From assembly GCA_965235115.1 (NCBI GenBank), contig OZ249448.1:25420001-25484000 (forward strand): DNA of 64,000 bases, written 5' to 3'. Position numbers and translations under genes: made by a program. The notes under the pieces were generated by a model. That model searched no databases. It was not told the DNA's origin and worked only from the letters and a program-made list of their open reading frames with translations. The DNA comes from Laetmonice hystrix. Taxonomy: Eukaryota. This document shows positions 44,566-57,300 of this stretch, piece by piece (within the stretch, counting starts at the first letter, position 1; each line of letters opens with the position of its first letter).

Positions 44566-44795
44566 GTTAACTTTACTCAGAACATGTCAGACGGGACACC
44601 CAGGGGATGGGTTAACTTTACTCAGAACATGTCAGACGGGACACTCAGGGGATGGGTTAACTTTACTCAGAACATGTCAGACGGGACACCCAGGGGATGG
44701 GATAACTTTACTCAGAACATGTCAGACGGGACACCCAGGGGATGGGTTAACTTTACTCAGAACATGTCAGACGGGACACCCAGGGGATGGGATCC
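44566..44795. repeat. 45-bp tandem repeat, 5 copies
   Basis: Unit gttaactttactcagaacatgtcagacgggacacccaggggatgg. Confidence 0.9.
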
Positions 44796-44905
44796 ATTTA
44801 ATATCCGTTTAATATTCGAATCACAATTACCCAAACAAAATAATGGGCAACACCGATATCCACGCGTGCCTTCCGGCGCAGTTACTGTATGTAGTAAACA
44901 TTAGA

Positions 44906-45757
44906 TTAAAATTCCTGCTGAGGTGGGCGTCCTGGTACTTTTATCCGGGAAGCTGGTCCGGTTGCTGCGGAAACTCTTGATCCAGAGAAGGTCGAGCGAT
45001 GTAAACGGTCAATGATGTCTTGAACGTTGTCTGACCGAGGGAGTCCACTCAACAATGGAAGGCTGTCCGACGAGGTGTTTCCATGGTGACCCCCACCAAA
45101 AGTCGTCTGTCTGGGACAACGTGAGTTTCCGCTTCCGCTAGCAAACGTCGGAGTCCGTATTCTTTTCACGTGGTTATTGACGTCATCGTTGCTAGGATAC
45201 GGACGAGATCCTTCTTGTGTCAGAATCTGTTTCACAGTGTCGTGGACTTTACTAATGTGGAGGTCCTCACATAGTAAACATGTGTTGTGACCGTACAGTT
45301 TCCGTCTGCTTGACGTGGTTGGTCGCTGGATTCGTTCCATGTGTTTTTCCTCGTCGCCCACAGTTCGCGGTCTCTTCACAGATATGTTGTTAGCAAATTG
45401 CAGTTCGTAATTTGTTGCTATGGATCCTTCCGCGGCCATTGTACTTATCGTAGGACGCTGTAATCGTCGAACTATTTTCTGCAGCGTGCGCCCGTTTACC
45501 GCTACTGCGGATTTAGTTCCGGTTGACGATTCGTAAGAAAAGTTCGCAGGCGTCTTTTTGCAAAATGCAAATGGCGCGCGTGGTGGGACCTTATCAGGTT
45601 GCCATGACGCGCCGATCTGCAGTTGTGTAGCCGTGGCGTGGGTCGGTTTTCTTAACCGATGGATAATGTCGTCTAATTCGGAGCTTGTGACCTTTTTGAA
45701 TCCATACACTTTCATCGGCATGACGTCTACCATGACACGGGAATATTCGGATGACAT
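44906..45757 (-). CDS. Uncharacterised 283-aa protein with five R-[LI]-x-x-P/S-T repeats, single coding exon
   Basis: Long non-repetitive ORF. First ATG at 45757 (the track start at 45799 is TTG); plausible acceptor tttttcag at 45778-45785 and an upstream donor GTAAGT at 46891. Internal motif repeats IIHRLRKPT, IVRRLQRPT, HMERIQRPT, HVKRIRTPT, IIDRLHRST. Confidence 0.75.
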   Translation of the reverse strand: MSSEYSRVMVDVMPMKVYGFKKVTSSELDDIIHRLRKPTHATATQLQIGASWQPDKVPPRAPFAFCKKTPANFSYESSTGTKSAVAVNGRTLQKIVRRLQRPTISTMAAEGSIATNYELQFANNISVKRPRTVGDEEKHMERIQRPTTSSRRKLYGHNTCLLCEDLHISKVHDTVKQILTQEGSRPYPSNDDVNNHVKRIRTPTFASGSGNSRCPRQTTFGGGHHGNTSSDSLPLLSGLPRSDNVQDIIDRLHRSTFSGSRVSAATGPASRIKVPGRPPQQEF

Positions 45758-46004
45758 GACGGATGCTTGTTTACGTCCTGAAAAATACGGCGATGTCAAT
45801 TAGAGTATTGTGACTATGGGCGGGCTAAATCCAGGGGGACGTGCCCCCTAGACCCCCAAAGGTGGTACACCCATGTTCTATACTCCAGGCCCTTTTTACC
45901 ATTAGGATTCTGCCTGTGCCCCCCTCTAGTCCTTCTGACTGTGCCCACTCGCACACCCCTTCTGGATCCGTCCCTAATGAGTGCTAGATTGCTTACAAGA
46001 TGAG

Positions 46005-46545
46005 AAGATGAGATGAGAGAGAGTCAGAGAGAGGGAGACAGAGACAGAGAGAGAGAGAGTCAGAGACAGAGAGCGAGAGCGAGAGGCCCACTTTGGTAAC
46101 TCTGTCATTCGTTTTCCAAAGAAGGCCGGTGAAATGTTATGGGAAACGTGGGTGTCTCTGTAGACCTTTCAGATAGCAACCATTGAGATGTAGCTCTGTA
46201 TATGTGAGACCTATGTGCTGACATCGATTGGATTATTGTAACTATATAGCGCTGGAAAGGAAACGGTCATCACAATCGCAATGTATATATCTAGATATAT
46301 CTCAATATATCACAATGTATCTCAATGTATCACAATATATCTCAATGTATCACAATGTATCTCAATGTATCACAATATATCTCAATGTATCTCAATGTAT
46401 CACAATATATCTCAATGTATCACAATGTATCACAATGTATCTCAATGTATCACAATGTATCACAATGTATCTCAATGTATCACAATGTATCACAATGTAT
46501 CTCAATGTATCACAATGTATCACAATGTTTCTCAATCGCAATGTA
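46005..46545. repeat. (GA)n-rich microsatellite (46005-46085) and 10-bp aatgtatc(t/a)c array (46280-46545)
   Basis: Visible simple repeats. Confidence 0.9.
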
Positions 46546-47924
46546 TACAGTGATAATTCTGTACTGTAGAAATCTTTATCTCATATTTCAAAGTGTATAG
46601 GAGACATATATACATGTAGTCAGCACATATATAATACATTGACAGCATGAATGAATCAGGCTGATGGTGGTCATGGCATTGTGTTGGCTTCATGTGCCCT
46701 TTTACGATCTCGGATGCTTTTTATAAGTCTTCTGGACTGCGGATTGTATTACAACAACAACCTTGACGTTTTGGGATTGCTGCTCCTGCCAATTGCCTAT
46801 ATGCTGTCCTTAGCGTGCACGATATGTCGCTGTCCGCAGAAACATTTGCCTGTAACAGGAGTCTCAAACTGATAGTTTTAATTCCACTTACCAATCGATG
46901 TTGCAGTTATATGTCTCAGGAGTAGTCGGCAATGTGACCACAATCATGGACGTAACGTGGCATGTACCTGCAGACTTCCCTGCCACCAGGGGCGCCGCCT
47001 TTCGTCTGGCGGACAGCGCCAGTCAAAACGATCGGAAGCATTACGCAGTCATATTTATGGCCGTGTTCGCTTTTCTGACCCACAGTTCTTATGAGATGCC
47101 TGTAGAATCGACACATTCAAGGGGAAAATGATTGCGTTAATATTGTGCGGGTCAAATCCTTGACATAGTAGGCGTATGTGTCTTTGAACTGTAAGAAAAG
47201 GTCATCCCCTTTTACTATATATAGGAGTAGGCCCTATAAAAAATGGACACCCCTAACGAGCACCCCGCTAAGTAGGTCTAGATGCAGAATCTTTCGTTTC
47301 TGTAGGCTTATACAACCGAACAGTTCTGAGTCGCACAATCGAATGCCCTGTAAACCCAATTAATGGGTCCTGTTAGGCCCATTACGAAATAATTGTTGGC
47401 AACGCTGCTCAGATACCTGTGCATACCGCAGGCCTCGGTCAGAGTAAGCTAATGCCACCGTTAAACTTTGACCTTCAAAGCCACATTCAATAATTATTAG
47501 GCCTAGTATTCTATTACGTGTGTCGATCGAAAAGGATTCCGGCGGCAGAGATTGACTAGAAATAGCCTCTATAATATAGCCTAGCTCGGTCTGAGGATTG
47601 CGGTCATAGATTGAATAGACATTTGTTTAGACCTTACGGCTCCATGTAATGCTGCACCAAAAAGCGGGAAGGGTCTGGCCTAAATGTATAGGCCCTGTTT
47701 GGTCCTATTCTAAGGCCTATATAGGCCGCTCATAGTCCTATACGGAGCTTAGGCTATATAGTAGGCTAGGCATGGGGCCCCGCCTACAGAATAAATGTTC
47801 TTTTCATTTTGGTAACAACAAAGAATGTCACATTTTTGTCAGAAGGATTTTAATGTAGGCCCCTCACGCCTAGCCCGGTCAGGTAGGCCTATTAGTTCCC
47901 CTGGCCGCGCTAGTGGACTAAACG

Positions 47925-48284
47925 CAGGGCCGTAAATCTGATGGGAATTATCAAAGGTAGGCCTACCAGCCGTCAATTAGCCTAATGCGGGGGGGGGGGG
48001 GGGGCTCCCCTAGAAATATTATAAATTTAGACGGCTAAAAAAAATTCCCGGATCATGAATCAATAAAAAATCAAAAGCCTGGACCTAGGGGCTATAGGCC
48101 TACGCTGAGCACAATTTGGAAGATTGCATGATGAAAAGTCGGCTGACTCGGAAAAATGGGGCAGTGTGACCCCAGCATAGCCTAACTCATTGCTTTGCTT
48201 AGATTTGAGCAATTTCTTTTCTTTTATGTGTCAAATTTAGCCTCGGCAGCTGCCGAGGCTGTCTCAATGCAATTTACGGCCCTG
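47925..48284. mobile_element. hAT-like nonautonomous element with 6-bp TSD
   Basis: 13-bp perfect TIR cagggccgtaaat / atttacggccctg; TAAACG on both flanks (47919-47924, 48285-48290). Confidence 0.75.
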
Positions 48285-49441
48285 TAAACGGAGGTCTTGG
48301 TCAAAAAACCTGCCATTGCGCATAACGAAGGTTCAGTTACTCCTTAATAGAGGGCGCTTATCTTCATCAGTCGTAGCGCCGTCTGGTGGCAAACAGATGC
48401 GTCACTAGGAAACAGGTGGTTTTTGGAGTGACATGCTGGATACACGACGAGCGAGCAAGTGTAAGAGACTTAATTCCGCGAGAAGGCGTGGCTGGTAAGT
48501 TAGGTTTACACTTATTGAATGTTTCCCAAGCTGTGACCGCCTTGGAAGGATACTGTATGTGTGGTGAGATGTGCAGAATGTGGGCAGGCACGTGCTGGGT
48601 TTATTCACCGTTAGGATTAGCGACTGTCACCGCTGTCGGAGGTGGTGACTGTGGTGCACGTACCGCGGCGTCGCACGCGTAGGACAGCTACTGTCGGCGA
48701 TCATTCGGGTTCTAGGTCTGGCGTGATAGCAATGTTTGTTTACACGGGAACGCACCTGTGACTGTTGGAGTGATACAACATGATTTATGATTAGTATGGT
48801 AAGGTTGGACTTGGCGTTCACTGTAAGGTTGGGTGAATGCGACCGGGTTGAAAGTTAAGGGGTGTTTGTTGAGGTAGAGTTCCCGTACGAATGTATTTAA
48901 AGGGACCCACTGCGGGGCCGCGGCCTGCCCATTGTTATATTATGTGTGAGACAGACCCGCCCACATCGGGTCAGACCGGCCAAGTGTTTGACTCTCTGCT
49001 CACTTAACGTTACACTTGACTCGGCACCCGACAACTAACAGGGCACGTGTTGAGTCTACTCGTGAGGCCCAGTGAGTCAGCAGTAGCCTACCCCTATAGG
49101 CTGGCTATAGGGCCTACAGCCCTAGCTGGCAGGCATTGGATTGGGCAGGAACCCCACGGACAAGCAGCACTTATCTGCCAGGGGGGGGCGGGCGCCCTAA
49201 AATGAGAATGATGTCATGAAGAGTAGGGGGAGATCCCCGTTTTGAGAGCCAATGGTTACCCCCCGTCTTATATAAAATCCTGGATTCGTCCCCAGGATTA
49301 GGCCCTATAGGGTCTAGGGCTTGGGGCTTAGACTTCTCTATACATATGCCCTATATCGATAGGGCCTATGTACATGGTGGGTACTTTCAAAGGGGCGGGA
49401 ATGGTTGCAGTTTACAAGAACTTAAAGGCTACTATCCTAAG

Positions 49442-49677
49442 CAGGCGCGTGTCCAGAGGGGTGTCCAGGGGGTCCGGACCCCACCCCCCCCCCCGCTCCC
49501 ACAGAACATAGATTTTTTCTAAGCATTTCCGCCGTTTTGAACCTGTTGATCGATGAATCTACAAAATATAATGCCCTAAAATGGCCCCTAAATGGCGGGA
49601 ATCGCGTTTCATAGCTTCTAATTTAAAAAAAAAATCTCAGACCCCCCCCCCTGCTGAAAATCCTGGACACGTGCCTG
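49442..49677. mobile_element. hAT-like MITE with 5-bp TSD
   Basis: TIR caggcgcgtgtccag / ctggacacgtgcctg (1 mismatch); CTAAG on both flanks (49437-49441, 49678-49682). Confidence 0.7.
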
Positions 49678-50259
49678 CTAAGTAAAATGTTTTCCAGTTT
49701 AAAATCGCTTAAATTCTCCCTTTTCGTTTTGCCTGTTAAATTACATGGATTTTAAAATCTGAATATATTGAAGATCATATATCTGTCACTCAGAAGTATA
49801 CTGCACATGCTGTAAATGGTTACCTTGGGCCTCAGAACGTCAAAGCGTTGTTATTATTGACCTGATCCTAGCTATCAGAAAGGCTGTAGAGATCTATTGC
49901 CGCAGGGGAGGACGGGGGAGGGGGTCGGTCCTGCTGTGGCTAATTCCATAGAATCACTTAGTCCTCCTACAGGTGCGTTGTGATGGAGATTCTGGGACAA
50001 TCACCGACCGGCAGTTTTCCCAGAACCAGATGGTTACATTGAACACGTCATATATAGCCAGTATAGACCTGAACAAGACAACCAAAACAGACCTTTCCCC
50101 TCCGGGTTTTCTAAAACGGAATATCCGCAGCAGCGTCTGTGGTCGTATATACCTGGTGTTACTCCCGTTTCTTTCGAATGTGTATTTTACTCACACAACT
50201 AGAATTTTTGAATTTCTCTGAAATGGATATTTTCACAGATGACTTTACACTAGTAGCGT

Positions 50260-50750
50260 CAGGTCACTATGTCAGTGACTTGAATGAGATAACGGTAACC
50301 TGTCAGTGTATGTAACCAAGGTCAAGGTCACTATGTCAGTGACTTGAATGAGATAACGGTAACCTGTCAGTGTATGTAACCAAGGTCAAGGTCACTATGT
50401 CAGTGACTTGAATGAGATAACGGTAACCTGTCAGTGTATGTAACCAAGGTCAAGGTCACTATGTCAGTGACTTGAATGAGATAACAGTGACCTGTCAGTG
50501 TATGTAACCAAGGTCACTATGTCAGTGACTTGAATGAGATAACGGTAACCTGTCAGTGTATGTAACCAAGGTCAAGGTCACTATGTCAGTGACTTGAATG
50601 AGATAACCTGTCAGTGTATGTAACCAAGGTCACTATGTCAGTGACTTGAATGAGATAACGGTAACCTGTCAGTGTATGTAACCAAGGTCAAGGTCACTAT
50701 GTCAGTGACTTGAATGAGATAACGGTAACCTGTCAGTGTATGTAACCATA
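50260..50750. repeat. ~64-bp minisatellite
   Basis: Unit gtcactatgtcagtgacttgaatgagataacggtaacctgtcagtgtatgtaaccaaggtcaag, about 8 copies. Confidence 0.9.
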
Positions 50751-50939
50751 TTTCTGATTTTTATGGCTTATCTTTTTCAAATCTTGGCTGGAGAATCAAG
50801 AATATCTTAAGTGTACGTCCAGTATATACGTAGATAAGGTATTGTGTCGTAAAATATGTGTTAAAACAAATAGAAGAGACTGCCCAGAAAGTTGCACCAG
50901 TTGGACTCACGGTCTTGATCTAACTCGCATCACAGACTC

Positions 50940-52380
50940 TCACCAGAGTAACAACAGGAAGTAGAGAAAGTATAGGATATCATCTCACATTATGTGATGT
51001 TTATCATTAGCTGAAGCCACAGAGTCAGAGTAACAACGGGAAGTAGAGAAAGTATAGGATATCATCTCACATTATGTGATGTTTATCATTAGCTGAAGCC
51101 GTCACCGAGTGAGAGTAACAACGGGAAGTAGAGAAAGTATAGGATATCATCTCACATTATGTGATGTTTATCATTAGCTGAAGCCATCACAGAGTGAGAG
51201 TAACAACGGGAAGTAGAGAAAGTATAGGATATCATCTTACATTATGTGATGTTTATCATTAGCTGAAGCCATCACAGAGTGAGAGTAACAACGGGAAGTA
51301 CAGAAAGTATAGGATATCATCTTACAGTATGTGGTGTTTATCATTAGCTGAAGCCATCACAGAGTGAGAGTAACAACGGGAAGTACAGAAAGTATAGGAT
51401 ATCATCTTACATTATGTGATGTTTATCATTAGCTGAAGCCATCACCGAGTCAGAGTAACAACGGGAAGTAGAGAAAGTATAGGATATCATCTCACATTAT
51501 GTGATGTTTATCATTAGCTGAAGCCATCACAGAGTCAGAGTAACAACGGGAAGTAGAGAAAGTATAGGATATCATCTCACATTGTGTGATGTTTATCATT
51601 AGCTGAAGCCATCACAGAGTGAGAGTAACAACGGGAAGTAGAGAAAGTATAGGATATCATCTCACATTATGTGATGTTTATCATTAGCTGAAGCCATCAC
51701 AGAGTCAAGAGTAACAACGGGAAGTAGAGAAAGTATAGGATATCATCTCACATTATGTGATGTTTATCATTAGCTGAAGCCATTACAGAGTCAGAGTAAC
51801 AACGGGAAGTAGAGAAAGTATAGGATATCATCTCACATTATGTGATGTTTATCATTAGCTGAAGCCATCACAGAGTCAAGAGTAACAACGGGAAGTAGAG
51901 AAAGTATAGGATATCATCTCACATTATGTGATGTTTATCATTAGCTGAAGCCATTACAGAGTCAGGGTAACAACGGGAAGTAGAGAAAGTATAGGATATC
52001 ATCTCACATTATGTGATGTTTATCATTAGCTGAAGCCCTCACTGAGTCAGAGTAACAACGGGAAGTAGAGAAAGTATAGGATATCATCTCACATTATGTG
52101 ATGTTTATCATTAGCTGAAGCCATCACAGAGTGAGAGTAACAACGGGAAGTAGAGAAAGTATAGGATATCATCTCACATTATGTGATGTTTATCATTAGC
52201 TGAAGCCCTCACTGAGTCAGAGTAACAACGGGAAGTAGAGAAAGTATAGGATATCATCTCACATTATGTGATGTTTATCATTAGCTGAAGCCATTACAGA
52301 GTCAGGGTAACAACGGGAAGTAGAGAAAGTATAGGATATCATCTTACAGTATGTGGTGTTTGTCATTAGCTGAAGCCATT
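50940..52380. repeat. ~85-bp minisatellite
   Basis: Unit gagtaacaacgggaagtagagaaagtataggatatcatctcacattatgtgatgtttatcattagctgaagccatcacagagtca, about 17 copies. Confidence 0.9.
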
Positions 52381-54037
52381 GCTAGGTTTCACTGGACCCA
52401 TTGACCTTCTTGAACCTAGAAAGGTCAAATCAAAGTAACACATAGGGCGCCGAAGTCTCGTGACACAGTTACGGATTTTCTGGATAGGAGGTACAAATGG
52501 AGCGTCAATGTTGACACCCAAATGTTACGTCACAAATTTCCCCATTGGTTTAACATAGGATGAAGAGACATCGTTCCAAAGATCGGCCTAGTCTTGAAGG
52601 TTTTTGTGTTGTTATGTATAAAAATTATCTATTCAAACATAAAACAGGTTGATACAAATATCTGGGAAGGTTTCATTACAAAGGGCAGCATAATTACAGA
52701 GAAATCACGAGTTGAAGTTGACAGTCGCCGTTCCCTATGGCCGGCGCAATGCTAAACAAGCGTGAGCGATAATGACGTGTCAACAAAATCGACGTTTATC
52801 GCGTTGTAACGCAACATCTCGTGACCTACTTCGGCTCCCTATTGGTGACCAGATTACGTGTGGAATACGAGCCGCTGCTTTGTGACAATGGAAGAGACGA
52901 CATGAGGTTTCATTGGCTGCTTACAATCTTGGCCTTTGACCTTTGCCAACCGGTGGCCTTTATTCGACATCTTGCTGCCAAGCTGCTGGTGGCTGACGGC
53001 TCGGGCTCTTGGGAGGACTTCAGCACAGATTAAACTGGTCAAGTCTGATATCAGCTTCAGCTTCTCACCTCAACTATCCTGTGTGCAGATATACGTCTAG
53101 CTTACCTAAAGATGTGAAGAAAAAGTTGACTTCAGCCAAAGTAGCTTGACATTCTAGAGCGGCACTCTGTGAGATAGAAAACCACATGTACGTAATAGGA
53201 TTGATGAAGCAGCTGCTACTGTAGAAACCTTTCCGCTGATCCGTGTAGATATATCTAAGATAGTCGCCGGTTACCGCACCCCCTCCCCATGCTATTGTAA
53301 TACTCGCCACGTCTTCTTACCATGGTTCGGAGATTGACAGGTGTGAGTAGGATCGACTTATCTATCTGGAAACCTTAGGAAGTAAAGAATACCTCCTTGT
53401 TGCTTAGCAACAGATCCGTATAGGCAAAGACAGTGGGGGCGGTGATGAGATTGGTCTTCCCAGGAAGGAAGAGTCAGTGGCGGACACACGTAGCCATAAT
53501 CTTGGTGACAGGATACATGTTCTCCGACACACCAGTTATAACAAGCTACTCTCGTATAGCTTTGACAGAGTGGATCATGGTCCTGGAATCACATAGAACA
53601 TTAATTGTTTGTGTCACTTACACGGAAGGAATATTTCCTGCAATCATTGAGCTGATCGCTGACTATATATGTATCTATCCGTCATTTTGAATTATCGATG
53701 TTTGAACTTAATTAAGTGAGTCGTTGACATCACACTCGATTTATGGAAGTACATGTGGAAAGTCCCACGTCCTATAGGATGAGTGGAAAGGCAAGAGTAA
53801 TGTTGTTCACCACGAGAATACATCCTGAATTCGCCCTCACTGCAGGACAATATCAGGACAGACACTAATATTATGTGCCATTTCTCTGCCTTGAGATTTG
53901 ATAAGCAGTATAGCACTGACATTTACTTGAGGAACGATCAGGTTCTGATGGCAGACGGGACATACCTGTCTTTGCCTTCTCGTATCACTGAATATATCTC
54001 AATATGTAAACGGTCTGAGTGCTGGTATCTTATGCTT

Positions 54038-54310
54038 GCATCACATTGCATCTTATTGCATCTTATTGCATCTTATTGCATCTTATTGCACCATATTGCA
54101 TCATATTGCATCTTATTGCATCTTATTGCACCATATTGCACCATATTGCATCACATTGCAGCTTATTGCATCTTATTGCATCATATTGCATCATATTGCA
54201 TATTATTGCATCATATTGCATCACATTGCATCTTATTGCATCTTATTGCATCACATTGCATCTTATTGCATCTTATTGCATCATATTGCATCTTATTGCA
54301 TCTTATTGCA
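54038..54310. repeat. 10-bp array (tcttattgca/tcatattgca)n
   Basis: Visible simple repeat. Confidence 0.9.
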
Positions 54311-57300
54311 TCACCATCAGTGAAAACATTCGGAAGCAAACATCTGATGTCCAAACGCCGTGAAAAATGAGCAACAGAAGAAAGATAATATAAGTGTGTG
54401 GGTGTAAAAAAGGACGGAGAGTAGACAGTGCTGGAAATGTTGAGCTCAACACCAAATACAAAATATATACTCTCATTGACTGTCATACTGTCTTGCGTTC
54501 ACAGCAGAGTTTTTTTTATGTAAAGGAACGCATTTACAAATTACAGGAATTATTTTTACTTTGTCTGACAGTCTAAAGTAGACCGTTTTGAATTCAAATA
54601 TATTGGAATGATTTTCCTGATAACATCAGGCGAAACTTTTACAGTCGATTACTATACAAATTGCTGTTATTGTAAGGTTTCCATTTATTGCCACAGGACA
54701 AGGGACTGTAAATCCAACATAATCATATGGCTAGCGTGTACTTTACCTTGTTTAGCATGATGACATGCAGAAGCAAGAGGAAATGATAAAAGTCTAATGC
54801 ATGGGAGGGTTAAAAACGCCCCACCATCACGTCACTAATGGTGTTGTTTGACTTGGAGCCCTTCAATCAGTGCAGCCATGTTCTCAGCATTAGTCAGGCA
54901 GTGGAAGTGTTCAGTGAAACCAAAGATCGATGTGGGTTTAATGTCTGTAAGTGCAGGGCCTTTGTAAAGGTCAGACCTTCCACAACTCATTGGTAAGCTC
55001 CGCCGGAATCAGGACCTCAGGACTGGGGCTTAAGGACAAGAAGAGCGTTCTAATCATTCCATTTTTACTGGATTATACTTGTGGCCAGAACGAGTGGTAG
55101 ATAGAGTACTGCCAGCATGCCGTCCCGCTGCCTGCTGTCTGTCAGCCTGCCCAATGGCAGTGATGTAGTCTGACCTCTAACACCATCGCGCCGGTTATTT
55201 AAGCATGAAAGCGGCCTTGAATGATTTGAACTTGAATGATGTTGGACTGCGGATACTGTGGGCGTTTGTCGGCTGCCAGCCATGAGAGCTGTGATCGTTA
55301 AGTATTAGACGACCTGGCTCATGGTTTGTTGTCACAGTCTAATCTATCTCCGACCTCAGGGGCAGAACTCTGGTTACCACCGACCAGAAGAACTGCTATC
55401 CCACCCACCCCAAACCACCACCTTGGGTGGCCCCGCGCAATTCTTCCAGTCCCAATGCGGTATTTATTCTGAACCCTAATCTCGTCACTTGACATTTTAT
55501 GAATATTTCAAAACGATGCCCGGTGGGTGTTTGAGGCGAAGATGAGAATCTATTGGCGGATGTTGGCCTTGGTGGCCGCCACCCAACTGCTCCTACAGGA
55601 TCTGTCGAAGAGACGGTAGTAGCCCGGAGGCGGGACTGCCGCTCTAAATATGTTCAAGGTTCGAGAATGACTTATTGGCTCGGTGATAGAGACAGACGTA
55701 GCTATGGATTGATGACATGTCATTATAGACAGATTCTCAGTGATTCGATATCTCTTGCCTCTGCTGAATTCTTTCTATCTTTAATAATTTACGTGGACAT
55801 CAGGAGAGTGATATCGCATATGGTTCCTCCCATGCATTTTGCAGAAGGTCAATGCATGGTGATAAGGGTTCTCACCAAAATTGTTGACAACGTAGTGGTT
55901 AAACCAAGGGCAAAGCCCCCCCCCCCTGCCAAGATCTAGTAATTAGGCTATTTTAGAACCTTATCTTGCAGTCAAGATAATCAGATGAGAAAGGTTTGCT
56001 AAACTGGACAGTAAATGATTGATATTTTACCGGTATTCCTGTGGGTTCTGTTGAATTTAGACAAGTTTTTGCCGCTACGCTCTTCAAGAGACAGTGTCGC
56101 GGCCTAAAAGACAGAGTAGCGGCCTAAATACACAGCGTAGCGACCCGCTACGCAGAGAAAGGCTGGCGATATCCAAGCCACACTCGGTGATTGTATTCAG
56201 GAAGGGTCCCCTTTCAGACAGGTCCAGTGGTTCGGATTATAAAACTTGCCACACTGATGTCCCGGATGGTTGGAGGTTAACGTAGGTGAACGTCGGTGAA
56301 CGTCGGTGAACAGGCGATCCACCAAATTGACAGCTGATCTATCCTCGTTCATCTCACTGTCTCCTCAGTGTGCCGAGTCAGGCCGAGCGCTTATGGTACA
56401 GCAAAATTGATTGGCTTATTTTATATTAAAGTATGAGCCATATCAGCAACCTCGGGCGTTCTTGTCATTTCGCATTTCAGTCATTGATCTTCTTCCCTTT
56501 TTTTCTTCTTTTAAAATTTTGTTTAACGTCATATTTTTATATAGGGTGGGTATAAAAAAACTTGTCGAACTTGGAGATTAAATATTTCATAAAGCCTATG
56601 CCTCAAACTTCTGAGAAGTTACAGGTGTAAACATCGTGATATCCTTAATATCTCGCGAGACTTTCAAGTTGATATCTCAAATATTACTTACACGACACCA
56701 AAATTAAAAGTCTGTCCAATTGACCACCTGATCAAGTAAAACAAGGGAGTTCAGTCGGACCTACGAAGTCTAAAACAGCAATTTTTGAGACACAATTACA
56801 ACTAAGATATCTCAGTTCAGCGTAAAGCTAGTTTCATGAGATCTCCAGACCATATATTTTTCTTTGAAGACTGCAATTTCATCCTGGAAAACTGCTGAAA
56901 AACTCTTGGCATCTTGGTTTAATTCAGTAGCTGTACGAGCCCTGTAATGTCGGGCAAACGTCAGTTAGCCGCTGATGACGAGTTGCCGCACACCACCTAC
57001 ATGGCATAGACCAAGCAGTCATGCCGAGCGACAGTGTGGGAAGACGGACCTTACCAGGGAAATCACCTAGAGACTTTTACTTTGGATTTGAAGAGATAGT
57101 CCATACCTGTAATCCCTTTATTCATAGCAAGAGGGCAAGTTATAACTAGAGTACCATGTAGCATGTATGTACGGCATATAACGAAAGAACTGAAGTTCCC
57201 GTGTGTATTTTTCAATTGATGGGAGGTCTAACATTTGGTATATAAAAGGACAAATAGAAAGAGGGAGACCACAGGCCCACGTCCACAAAGGCGATTGTAC

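Noticed and set aside
53873-54370. Cys/His-rich ORFs (ASYCILLHLI)n
   Set aside because: Translation of a 10-bp simple repeat.
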